A stretch of 64,000 nt of DNA from Epiperipatus broadwayi (Eukaryota; Animalia; Onychophora), in assembly GCA_028023455.1 (NCBI GenBank), contig JAQFVV010000010.1:7502001-7566000 (forward strand). The letters run 5' to 3'. The notes below the pieces were generated by a model. That model was not told the origin of the DNA. It saw nothing but the letters and a program-made list of their open reading frames with translations, and did not search any database. Shown in pieces: positions 26,061-39,000 of this stretch; positions within the stretch are counted from its first letter, which is position 1, and each line of letters begins with the position of its first letter. The translations under genes and the position numbers were made by a program.

Positions 26061-26400
26061 TTACCCAAAATCCCCAGTCACAGGGCTTTTTGGATTTATG
26101 AATTTTTCAATTTCAAGAACATGACTTCTTTATTCTACAAGTAAAACAACCATTAATCCAAAACATCTATTTCCAGAGCTTTTTTGGATTTATTAAATGC
26201 TTCAGATTTAAAGCATAGTATCTTTTATCTGTACAGATAAAGCATCTACTAATCCAAAATCTTTGGATCAATAGTTTTTTTTGAATTTGATTTTTTTAAA
26301 TTTCAATATTATAACTTTCACAGTTTACTCCACAGGTAGAATAATCATTAACCCAGGGGTCTTTTGGATTGTTAATTTTCCACATTTCAAGAATAGCACT
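26061..26400. repeat. Diverged ~95-bp tandem repeat, about 4 units
   Basis: Units start near 26061, 26155, 26250 and 26348, sharing CCAAAA..., TTTTGGATT and TTCAA motifs. Confidence 0.55.
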
Positions 26401-26589
26401 TCATTATAAATCCACATTCTGCTAAGATAAAAAAAAACAACAACAACTCATCACCGTTAGGCTTATTACTTTATAGATATTTATTGAATGTTTTTCTTCT
26501 TAATCTTGGTTATAAATATACGTATAAAATAATTTATTTGTTGTTAAAGATCATTGAAATTTTGTTTAGACAATAAATTTTTTTTAAAT

Positions 26590-27110
26590 AGGTTTAGGAC
26601 ATGAGTATACATGGAAAGCTCAAGGTGATGGAGAAAAGCACCAGATATACTATACTATGATACAGGATAAATATAAGAATGGAAATAAGAATTCACATAT
26701 TTTGCCTGGTGCTGATATAAGTTGTGATCATAATATAGTTGTCTAAATTAAAATTGAATTCCAACAGCATAAAAAGAGGAAAAGGTATTTAAGATGAAAC
26801 TTAGATAAATTAAGGGAATTTGAGAAAGAAAAATTTGATTTCATAAACAAAACAAAAAAATAATAAAGAGAAATGATAATGATGAGGAATATATGAATGA
26901 TTCTGTCAAACATTGGTATAAGATTAAAGAGAAAATACTAAAAACAACAAAAAAAAAAATACAATATGAAAGTATATTTGATTACCGACAGATTGAGGAA
27001 TGTTGAAAAAGATGCAAATATGGAGAAAATGAAAGAATATCAAAGGGCAAATGTCATATAGAAAAATTAATAATAAAAATCTAACAAAAGAAAAATTGGA
27101 CAGGAATATA
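26590..27110 (+). mobile_element. RTE-clade LINE fragment (end of APE domain and linker)
   Basis: YTWKAQGDGEKHQIYY (from 26606), PGADISCDHNIVV (26705-26743), NLDKL, WYKIKEKI. Confidence 0.85.
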
Positions 27111-29559
27111 TTATAAGGGTAGCTTACAATCTAACCTTTGTCACTCTCACCACCAAATCCAGCTCATTTTTTTATAACTTTAATTAATAAATGATTGAGC
27201 ATATATTTTCACTCATGAAGTAACTAAACCCACACTTATATATATATGCACACTACAAACATGTATATTTAACTAAATTGAGAGAATATCAAAATAAATC
27301 AATTTTACTTATCTACTAGAGATAAAAATCCCAATTAAAAAAATAAATGTACTAACATATATGATGTAAATAATAAATTTAATATGTCTATTTTACATCG
27401 TTTTAAAAGACTTGGACTAAGTAAGCGTGGTAATGACCCAATGTCAAACCAGACACTATGTGACCAAATATGGAAGCTGAAAAACATAACTCTATTATGT
27501 GACTTTTTTTGCTTATAATCAAGATAATATACGTAACAATAGGCATATGTATAGTGATAAAAAGAGGAATTAAAATGCAAGCATGCCAAACAATGGAAGC
27601 TAAGGGTAACTTAACTCATTTCCGTCATCTTTCTACTATTTTCAAATAAGGCATAAGCTGTACAGTACAATATCGGAAATTGAATGTTCGAATCTTAAAG
27701 AAAATGGACGGTTCATTCAAACCTTTCAAATTATTTGCTGGATTGTTGTACAGTAAATTGCAAGAAATTGCAATTGATATTTAAACAAAAACAATTCTAG
27801 TAAATTCAAACATTTGTGTAAAGTAATAGTTGACTTAAATAGACCTTTAAAACAAAGTACTATGCTATTCTTCCGATGCGAATAAAAGAACGAATAAGAA
27901 TGTCTTCAGAGTATTCATATATGTTAACGATGGAATAACTCTTCTTATAAAAATCATTTAACCACAAACATCGAATTAATAAGATTTTAATTGTTTATTT
28001 GTTGAAAAATGATGTTCACTGGCCAATTCAATAGTGTTGTAAGCCCTGACCACAGAAAGCACAATAGTTCATTACTCAAGTGTGTAATGCCTACCGAAAT
28101 GTCAAATGCATAGTCTAAAACATCCAGGTGGATGCAGAAAGAACAGCAACAGGAAATGTGGATAACTTCATTTTAAATGTCACTGAGGAATCTCCACGAG
28201 AAATGCGTGATGTACTGTAGCATCCTGACTGGAACGATGGACTGTCTATCAGACAGTAATTGCCTAATTCACAAGTCTCATGCTAGTTATCATGAAGAAA
28301 TATTAATTTATTATATGATATTTTTTTATTATTATTTATGTGTACATTGGTAGAAATTTGTATTTTTTTTTACTTATTTCACTTTTGTATTTAGAAACCA
28401 AATTTTTTGTAATTCAGAAGAGTCCATAGGACCTAAAATTGAGAAAATGGGAAGAAGGTTGTTAGACTAAATAATTTTTTTTTTTTTTTTTTGGCTTATT
28501 AAATAAAGTTTAGATAACCCTTCCACCATAGTGACAGGACATTAGGTATGATTACTATCTGCACCCTTGTTACAAGATGGGATAAAGGTAAGATTTCTTA
28601 TTTATTACTATTCCATATTAAAGAACATACTTTTACAGGACAGAATTATGTTGTTTATATATATTTTTTGTTGACTAACCATTGTTCATATTTGTTTCTT
28701 CAGTATGAACGACTAACATTTCAGCATGAATGGTCTTTTCTATTAAACTTGTAGATAGTCAAGAGGGTCTTCCAAGGAGATAAAACCACTACAGTTGAAG
28801 TTAAACCAAGAAGTTACTGAATACATTTTCATATATCTTCCTTAAATTAGTTAGTTAGCTTCATAATCATTGAAATATTGAATTAATAATTTTTTTTATT
28901 GTTATTATTACTTTTACCTACTTTGTATATAATAAGTGTTTATTCATGTATGTCTATCAGGGAAAGGGTTGATGTAATGAATATATTTAATTATTAATAT
29001 GATAGAGATGCATACTTGACACACACACACTTGTTTATGATTATTTTTTTTGTTAAAAGAGTTCTTCAATGTTTTTTTTATCTTGTTTGCAAATAAACAT
29101 GGTTAATTTGATTCTCATTAAATGATCTCTAGTTTATCAAAGTTATTTCTCCATACGCTCATCAATTCACCACTATACATATATGCACGCACACACATTA
29201 TAATATAGTAATAGAATTGAATCTTCTAATAGATTGGAACCCCTATAAGTGTATTGCAATTTCTATTTAAGATAAATACATTGTTGAAGAGAACTGAGTG
29301 CAATATTCTCCCTGGGTTTGAATGCTGAGGCATATGTAGAATACGAAAGAGGGGTGAGGGATGGATGAGCTAGTATAAATTGTGTCTGGATTTAATGTGT
29401 AAGCCATGAGCTAGCCCATTGGAAGTAGGCATGATCATTGGTTAGTTATTTCATCATGTCATTATTGGCATCCTACCAGAAGACCCTGGTCCAACCGTGG
29501 ATTCCGTTAGACATATAGAGATAGAAGTGCTTCATTTGATAGAATAAGAAAGGAAGAAA

Positions 29560-30170
29560 AAACAAAAAGTTAATGAGCAAAATAGCCAATAAGAATGAAA
29601 AGAATATATTCAATATCTGTTTAGAAAAAAGGAATTAATTATGAAATTGAAAAAGATAAAGAGATGGGTGAATAAGAAATGGACACAGTAATAGAAGAAA
29701 ATAAATTATTTAAAGAAATGAAAAATGGTAAAGTTGTAGGATTTGATGCAATACCTATAAAATTTTTGAAAAACTAGAAAAAGGAAATTGTTTGAGTTTA
29801 CAATTTGTTATATAATAGTGGAGTTTGGTCTAAAGATTTCTTCCAATTGATAAAATTAAATGTGAAAAGTGCAGGACAATAAGTTTGCTATCTCATGCTC
29901 CAAAAATATTACTGAAAGTTCGAAATCAAAGAAGTTATGAGAAAAAAGAATATTATATCAAAAAGCAATAGTTTAGTTTTCAGAAAGGGGAAAAGTACGA
30001 GATGCTATCAGTATTATTAAAACAATTATAGAGAGTAATATTGAAAAGGAAGTAGTATATGTTTTCTGGATTTGGAAAAAAAAAATTGATAAGAGTGATC
30101 TGGAATAAACATATGTCCATTTTGAAAAATAAAATAGTATTTTGGAAAGAGAAGTTGAATTAGTTTATCC
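29560..30170 (+). mobile_element. RTE-clade LINE fragment (N-terminal RT)
   Basis: KEYIQYL, EMKNGKVVGFDAIP, RTISLLSHAPKILLKV (from 29873), FQKGKST, FLDLEK. Confidence 0.85.
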
Positions 30171-30775
30171 TAGTATAATTAGATAGGTATATACTGGCTC
30201 TACAAATAGGTATAGCATACATGCAATAAACAGCAGAAACTTTTAAGTTAAATTCCAATATATATATTTTTTGACTCCCTAATAAGCTAATGTTAGAAGC
30301 AAATGAATCAAGATGTATATATTTATAATATCTGCTTAAAACTAGGTTTTCAATAATTATATTATACAGGCATAACCAACTTTGGATACCTCAATTTTTG
30401 ATAATTAACTCTTAACAAATTTCAAAATTTTATCAAATGTGTCTCCTCTTTTGATTGACTTCATTTAATCTTTCATGAGTTCATTCTATTCACTCTGTAC
30501 TCTTTTTTTTATATAATCTTTGAATAGAAGTAGAAGTGCAATAATTTTTAAAAATTATTCACTTAATACTTATTTCTGTAATTCATAATTATCTTTGTGA
30601 TTATAAAACGCATGTTAAATATTCATTTTCTACTTATTTCTGCAATTACTATAATTGAACCAATTTTTTGGTTCAAATTTCTCTCTCACTAAAATTATGC
30701 TCCAATAATCACAAATAAATATACAATTAATATTTTTAAATAAACTCCTTAAAAGTGTGAACACACACTTCTTTT

Positions 30776-31545
30776 ACAAATAAGCATTTATTTTTATATA
30801 GCGCTATGTGAGTGTTAAATAATAAATGAATACTTTCCTTTCCAATACAAGATATAGTATTTATGCAGGAATAAAATGAATCCCCTTATCCCTACAACTC
30901 AAATGCTTATATATGAGCAAATCTGAAGTACTGGCAAAAAAAGCGTGAGGAAAAACCACTCACTTTAAATTACTATCTACGATGTCTGAATGAATGACAT
31001 CGGTGAAATTGTCTAGAATTGACTAAACGTCACTCAAACTGAAACTTAATCATATGTAAGCATTTGAGTTGTAGGGATAAGTGGATTCATTTTATTCTTG
31101 CATAAATACTATATCTTGTATTGGAAAGGAAAGTATTCATTTATTATTGAACACTCGCAAAGCGCGTGCACAATTAGCTTGAAAGGCTGATATTTGAATG
31201 TAATACAATTGTAAACACAGCGCTATACAAAAATAAATGCTTATTTACATATGATTACGTTTCAGTTAGAGTGACATTTAGTAAATTCTAGACAATTTCA
31301 CCGACGTCATTTATTCAGACATCGTAGATAGGAATTTAAAGTGAGTGGTTTTCCCTCATGCTTTCCTTGCCAGTACTTCAGATTTGCTCATATATAAACA
31401 TTTGAGTTATAGGGATAAGTGGATTCACTTTATTCCTGCATAAATACTATATCTTGTATTGGAAAGGAAAGTATTCATTTATTATTTAACACTCGCAAAG
31501 CACGTGCACAATTAGCTTGAAAGGCTGATATTTGAATGTAACACT
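30776..31545. repeat. Complex repeat: 338-bp monomer in ~1.45 tandem copies plus an inverted copy
   Basis: 31059-31205 is repeated at 31397-31543 (period 338). 30810-31059 is the reverse complement of 31246-31495. 30776-30810 is the reverse complement of ~31215-31248. Confidence 0.9.
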
Positions 31546-31859
31546 TCTTTTAATAAAATCTTGTGTGCATTAAAATAATTTAATATATATATTTTGTTTT
31601 TATGTAAATACTCATAATAGATTATAAGTGTGATAATCTAAATCTAGAAAAGCTTATAAGATTCTTGAATTACAAAATAAGATTGATCTAATGAAACTTA
31701 ATAAGCTAGCAATACCAATTCTTAAAAATAAAGTGTTAGATGTAATAAAAAATGCAATGCTAGTGCATAACATATGACATAATTAAATTGTTGAAATGAT
31801 ACAATTTTTAATTTGTGAATTCAAGATCAAATCAGCCATATCCTAATTAAAACCATTAT

Positions 31860-32700
31860 ACTATTAATGCACTGAAGACTAGAAAGAGATATTAACAAAA
31901 GAAACATTTGGGTCTTATAAAGTCTTGGTTAACAAGTCAAATTTATATAATATAGTTTTGCAGGTAGTAGTCGAGTTAAAAAAAAAATGATAAAAGATAG
32001 TGAATATACAAAACAGTAAATCTTAATGGACTTCTTTTAAAGGCAAATTTGATCAAGGACTCACATAGGTAGAGGAGAAATCAGGGCTTGGATTTAAAAC
32101 AGTTAACTATAGACACTGTTGCTAGGAGCTAATACAGTAATTGCATGTTAAAGTTATGATGAACTTCCAATCTGAAAAAGCCTAGTTTTTATTTCATTTC
32201 TAATCAAATGAAAAAAAAAGATTTATGTTCCTCTCGATCCAGTAATTATTTCAACCCTGCAGTTAAGGCTTATTGCAAATAAAATGCCTTCAAGATTACT
32301 GCTATTAACTAATGCTCTAATTTATTTAAGAATTATGACTGAGATACAAATAAACTAAAGTTCTTTCTTACACTAACACAACTTTGTTGGAACTTGTAGA
32401 TCAAGAAGTAATTGCACTGAACAATGCAAAGAAAGGTTGTTTTAATATTCTGGATGGAATTAAAACCATCAGAGATGCAATGGATAATATAAAAGAAACC
32501 AATATGAAAGATATATATATAAAACTGATTCCTTTCCTTAAAAATAATTTTGAAGGATTTCAAATGTTTTGGTCATAGTTTAAATTACAAATAGAGAATG
32601 AAGATGCTAGGAAATCACTAGAATCACATGTTCAGCTCTAAATTAATAAAGGTGTTTTGCAGACTAATGAACCAAAAAAAAAAAAAAATAATTCTATAAA
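31860..32700 (+). mobile_element. Tigger/pogo DDE transposase remnant
   Basis: SEKA, AVKAYC, LLLLTNA (cf. LLLDNAP), and YTNTTLLELVDQEVIA...FNILDGIKTIRDAMDNIKETNMKDIYIKLIPFLKNNFEGF (ORF 32384-32578), matching the Tigger pattern PNTTSLIQPMDQGVIA...DFEGF with an internal deletion. Confidence 0.8.
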
Positions 32701-35445
32701 CAAGAGTCTCTAGATTGACATACTTCTAGGTTCTGAAAATTGACAATCAGAGAATAAGAAAGTATGATATTTTTGGAAAGAGTCAATCTTAATTTCTAAA
32801 TGTTCACAAATAACTGTGGTCTAGAAAATCAAGCTTTTTAGAAAAAGGCAAAATACATTAATGGGGCAGGCTTTCTTGATTTTCTTTTAAAAAAAACAAG
32901 CACCATAATGATTGCAAATTACCCCTTCATAATTTAAGTCATTATTATCAGCCCCTTTAGTTCTCCAGGAAACCCCCCCCCCCCCCAGTGATTTCTGATT
33001 CTAATGAAATTTCATTCTCATCAAGTTTTGTTTTCAAAGTCAGATCAGCTCATCTCACCTCAGCAAAATCCATATGCTTTATATAGTTTTCATGGCTAAA
33101 ATAAATTTGCATACTAAATAAAGGTTACGTTTTGTTGACCATTCAATCATTTTTGACTTTCAGCAATGTTCTGGCCTCTATCTTGTTGAAAAATAGTTAT
33201 GTATGCGCATGATAAATAATTATAATCTATTTTTGTTGTAAATAATACATTGATAAAATATTATCTATCAGCAATTCCAAGAAATTTACTTTAACAATAA
33301 CTACTATACAGTTGTGATGGGGGAAAAAATCAGTATATCTAAAAAAAACTAGATAAATTATTCTCTATTTTTAATAGCACGTTTAAATAAATTATGAAAT
33401 GTGGAGTTTATGATTTACCCCCTTATAATTAAAAATTGATGGAATTTACGCTACAAATTCCAATCAAAAAAAAATGCTAAAGAGAGAGAAAAATTACAAT
33501 GATTAAAATTTTCATTATCGATTGATAAATTTCCAAATTCTCACTTTATTTTTTCCAAAATAATATATTCTGATGGTTATAAGTTTATAGATAAATATTT
33601 AAATGTTTCCCTTTTTTTTTTTTTTAGAATAAAAAAGTAAAGGGGTTTGAAAATATTTTATCGGTAATAATATGCTTCTATATTACAATATGAAATAATG
33701 AATATGTATTTATTAAATAAAAATCGCCTGTAATTATCCTCACTTATAAAGCTATTAGTCATTTAGTATTTGTAGAAAAAGTAATCCCCTAATACAAGGG
33801 GAAAAAGATTATTATAGTGTTTAAAAATAATTATCATTGTTAAGTCCTACTTAATTACAAAATAATAAAAATAGCAAAAACAATGATAATTAAGTACAGT
33901 ACAGCTGATTATTTATAAATAAAAAAGCTTATTAATTTTTAAAAATTTGTAAATGAAATCAATGCGCTCTAGATACTCGTAAGAGTACCTCTTTTTTTTT
34001 CTTTTGCAACAGCACTTGATGGACCAAAGTAAACTAAAGTAAATCCATTTTTTGAAGAGTGAAATACTTTCAAATACATTTATTATCATTATAGCAATAA
34101 TGATAATTTTATTCTTATTAAAATAAATAAAACAATAATAGTAATAAATTTCATTTATTTCCTTTTAAACATTAATGGATGTTAAGCAAAATGTAAATTA
34201 CGAATCCACCCTTTATTTACTCAAAAGGAAATTTCCCCCCTCTTTTTATAACAATAACTAATAATAAGATTAAGAGAAACAAAACTCATGTAGATATATT
34301 TTCAATTAATGGAATCAAAATCTCTTGCAATATGCTGTAGAAAAGGAGTATGAATATTTAATTAGTAATGGCCTGGATATTTATTTCCCAAGCAACATAC
34401 ATAGCGTAATGCTATTCATTCACATATTTTCCAGCCCCCATTCATTTCACGAACTTAAAAAAATGAATGGGAATTATGATCAGCCCTAAAATTTGTTATA
34501 ACGATTAAAATAAGTTTTAACTCATTTTTAAAAAAATAACAAATGTTCCATTTTATTAATATTACTTATATCATTATATAAGCACATCAACTAAAAGCCT
34601 AGAGAAATGTGATTTCATTCCATTCATCACACCCAAGCACAAACATATGATCGTCAACTAGCCAATGAGAAGAATTTCTAATTATGAATGACATACAACT
34701 GCTCAGTTTTGCTTGATTGAAAACCCTCAGATATTATACAAATAACAATTATTAAAAATTTGTATTAATATACCGCTATGTTTGAAGATAAATATTTTCA
34801 TTAGATATCATTATAAATGTAAATTAGAGGGAATTGCGAAAATATTAATCAATCTCAAATTAAAATAGCCATATGTTTTCACCCCCCCCCTTCCATCATG
34901 CATTATTACACTGAAGAGATAATTTAAGAAACCATAGCAACATCCCTTTCTCTTAATTTTCAAAAGTATACTTTTTATTATATAAATTTGCTTATTATAG
35001 ATAAAAAAAATGGCGGTAATTGAATAAAATAATGATTCAAATAAATCGAGTGCGAGCTCGTACACTTAAGAATTATTATCCTACTGAATATTACACGGAA
35101 TGCTCTATCGAATGAACTATAGTAGAAAATTGAAATTATCACATTGAATCTGCGTATTCAAAATTTAAATATCAATAAGCATAATAATAAGTTGTTATAT
35201 AATAATAATTAAAAAAATCTGATTAGTTTTTATATAATATTAAAAATACGTTTACAAAAAAAAGTTATATGTTAAAACACTTTTATTTTAAAAACTCTTT
35301 TTCAATAATTTCCTTTTCCTGAGTTGAAACAATGATAATGAGGGGGAGGGGAAGGAATTCTAGCAAATTAAATTCACTTTTATATCAAATGTAATTCATT
35401 AACATATAGCAATGTTAATAATAACATCAATTACATAAAACATTG

Positions 35446-35525
35446 ATGAAGATAGAAATTCTCATATATGAAGAAAAAAATTAATGAAGATAGAAATTCT
35501 CATATATGAAGAAAAAAATTAATGA
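35446..35525. repeat. Perfect 38-bp tandem duplication
   Basis: ATGAAGATAGAAATTCTCATATATGAAGAAAAAAATTA occurs twice, plus ATGA. Confidence 0.95.
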
Positions 35526-36819
35526 CACCATTCAGATTTCTGAGCTAAATCCTTTTTTTTCCTCCTATAGATTGAGTAAAATATTGTGATGAGCGGTAAA
35601 TATTTTGTAAAATCTATTTTATAAACTCAACTGCAAAGAGGAAATGAACATAATAATTTAAAAATAATTCATTCTTCGCATTTATTTTAGAAAGATTTTT
35701 AAATATATATATACAAAATTAGAAAAAATATATACAGTATTTTGAATTCTTTTTTTTACTTTATAGATCAATAATATTTGTAAAAACGCTACAATGAATA
35801 ATAAAAATGTTTATAAAATAATTAATGCACAAAAATTATAGGATTTTGTATAATGCTATTTATAAATTAGTTCAGTTTAATATAGGTACCTGCATTGAGG
35901 TATGATAGATTCTGTAATCATAATAACGAATTTGTCTTTGGACAGTTTGAAAAAATTAAACAGAAATTATATATCAATGCAATAAGGTATTCCAAATGAT
36001 AATTAGTTTACCTTAATCTGAGAGTTTGCCACCCTTTTTTAATACAATTTATTCTATTATTATTATTATTATAGAATTACTGTAGTATAATTTGATCTAC
36101 AAATGTCAAACTAGACTTTCCAAATTCTTAAAATGTAATAATTCCAATAAAATAAATTTTATATTAAATAAATTATTTATTTGAATAAATTGCAAATATT
36201 TATTTAATAGTACATATAACAATTTGTTATTAGTATTATAGGTTGCATTTGAAGTATACTCTTAACTATATACAGTACTTAAAATATTTAAAATGTTGTA
36301 TATATATAGCACATATATAAAGTTGGATGTGTCCAAATCATTACTTAACAAAATGTTTGCTCTTAAAAAAAAAAAAAAACACATAACAAATTTATAGAGA
36401 TGCACATATTTAATACATCTTATAATAAAAATTCTATATTAGGGGAAATCTATAATTTAAAGAATAGACAATTATTTTTTACCTCAAGTAATATCATCAT
36501 CTTTTACATTATAATTAAATGGAAAAATATTTGAACATTTATAATTAATTTCATAAAAATTTAGTTTACTTACTTACATAAATACATCCATTATGAGTTT
36601 GCATGAAAAATTTTCAATCTTTCCCCCTTTCCAAACACAGTTTACTAAATGAAGAATTATATAAATATTTATAAACCAATAGATGATGATGATGACTATT
36701 ATTATTATATCTATTTATGACAGACAACAAAGAAATTAGTAGATAGCAAAAGGGTAGTAATTAGAATATCCAGGAATTATATCATAGTTGCTATCTATAA
36801 CTATAGACAACATTAAAGT

Positions 36820-39000
36820 GAAAGATTGCATATTGGCCTTAAATGTGGAGTGGAAATTCATTATAAACATAAAATAAAAAAACAATTTTCAAAAATTTGA
36901 CTGTATATCAGGCAGAATAGTAAGATTAGTTTTTCAACTTGATAAAGAATACCAGAGCAATAAGTTCTCTTTTATAATGACAGAAATGATTAAAGACAAG
37001 CCTATGGAATTTGTGAGGAATAAAATCCTATAGGGTTTTCCAAATCTCAATATAGATTACATTTTGACTAAAATAAAATGTATATTTGAAGAGTGTAATG
37101 TGGTTAATAATTTAATGAGAAATAATCTGCTGATTCGTGAAATAAAAATTTTAAAGCAAAGTTAGACTAAATATCAGGTAAGATGTATTAAGAATTGTTA
37201 TTCTTAATATTTAAAACACTTTTAAATGATTTTAATTAGAAATTATTTTAAAATATTAAAAATTTGTATATATATATCAGATTGAATGAGATGAGATGGG
37301 GAAAAAAAACAAAAACAGCAAGTCAAGAATAAATTTTCTATAGAAACCAAGTTACTTTAAGCAATAAATATAATTATTAAAAGTTGTAATTATAAATTAC
37401 AACTTACAGCCTTAGTAAACATTAATTATTAAAAATATAAATAAATAATAATAATTAAAAGTAATTTGTTCAATGACAACAAAAATGCTATATATATTCT
37501 CATTCTGAACGATATTATGAGATAATTCTTTAAATTCCTGAGAATGGAATAATTCCAAAAATTGATGGGATCGTAGATATTTAATAAACAACAACAAAAC
37601 AGATAAGGATATACTAGATGGCCAAAGAAGTAATATATCTATAACTAAAGTAAAACAAAAAAGATATTTAAGAATTACAAACTTTTCAGCCTTTTATCAG
37701 TTATGTATAAAATATTTACTAAGATTATTCATTTTATCTACAAAGAATTTTGTCTCACACCAACCAAATCATCAGATTTTAAAAATGGTTATAACACAAT
37801 AATCCAAATTATTAAGGGAATTTACAAAAAAAAAAAAAAAACACTAAGGGCTATCCATTAACATTTTACAACAGACAGACAGATAGATAGAAAAAAAAAC
37901 ATTTCTGCTAGGATTAAGGTTTTGGAACATCAAGTTATAGCATCAGAATAAAAAAAAAATCAAATTCTGAAGAATATTTAATAAAATGCAAAAATTGTCA
38001 TTAGATTAAATGACAACAACTATGATTAATTACAAGTAAGAGAAATTATATTTAGATTAAAATGGAAAGTAAAAAAAAAAATTAAATGGAGATTAATCAA
38101 GTCACCTGGACTTACAGATGTGACTATTTTGGAAATAATGCTTTGAAGTTTAGGAAATGTTAATATTTATAAATACTTGATCATTATTAGTGTATGGATA
38201 AAATTAATTACACTAGTAGTATTTGACTCTATTCCAATATTCTATTGTGGCTTGAATAATCAGTAGATAATAAGTAGTTTATCATCCAAAATCCCCAGAC
38301 AAATTTCTGTATATTAGCTTTTATTAATTAAGAGCATCAGATATGCACCTATACATGAATATCCAGAAAATGATCTGGGGATTTGAATAATGTCCATTAA
38401 TTACTTGCATTTACAATAAATGGTTCTGTAATAGAGAGTTGAGTGAATCACTCTGTAGTTAATGCAAATGCTATAAGCAAACAGAAAAATTATGAGATGT
38501 TATATTTGGTATAAATGGAAACATTAAATTAATCAGAGAATTAAATTTTAAGAAATTTTGATGAAATATTTAAAAAATGTTTATTTTGCCACTGCCTATT
38601 TATGAATATGGAAAAAAAAAATATTTGGATTAACAAAAAAAAAAATTAAAAATGAAATATATGGGAGAGAAAATAGCCATGTATTATTGATATTGAAAAA
38701 GTTTAAATGAAGATGATCTGGATATATTATTGTAAGAGATGATGATAAATAAATTTTGCAAAAGTGATGTAGAAATGAAAAAAAATTTCAGGACAATTGA
38801 ATTAAACTTGAATAGGCCATTATATTCTGGATCAATAATGGCAGAATTAATAGGATATTATTGTAAGAGATGATGATAAATAAATTTTGCAAAAGTGATG
38901 TAGAAATGAAGAAAAATTTCAGGACAATTGAATTAAACTTGAATAGGCCATTCTATTCTGGATCAATAATGGCAGGCTTAATAAAGTCATAAGAAAATCT
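36820..39000 (+). mobile_element. Heavily decayed RTE-like LINE
   Basis: APE-like GLKCGVEI and ISGRIVRL (~36840-36940), ILPLPIYEYG (~38580), SGYIIVRDDDK (cf. WAGHV.RRDDR). Many stops. Confidence 0.45.
38724..38983. repeat. 131-bp tandem duplication inside the RTE remnant
   Basis: Near-identical units start at 38724 and 38855. Confidence 0.95.

Noticed and set aside
28184-28220. CUGAGGA...GAAA spacing resembling a hammerhead
   Set aside because: Stem II is only 2 bp and neither stem III nor stem I pairs.
27600-28300. Possible Mutator-like transposase (MDGSFK, YAILP)
   Set aside because: Only two short motifs at unconvincing spacing, and downstream MULE motifs were not found.
29295-29330. 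B-box-like GGGTTTGAATGC suggesting a tRNA or SINE
   Set aside because: No A box or cloverleaf could be folded.
35030-35075. CGAGTGCGAGCTCG hairpin as a Helitron/Helentron terminus
   Set aside because: No CTAG end or second subterminal repeat could be identified.
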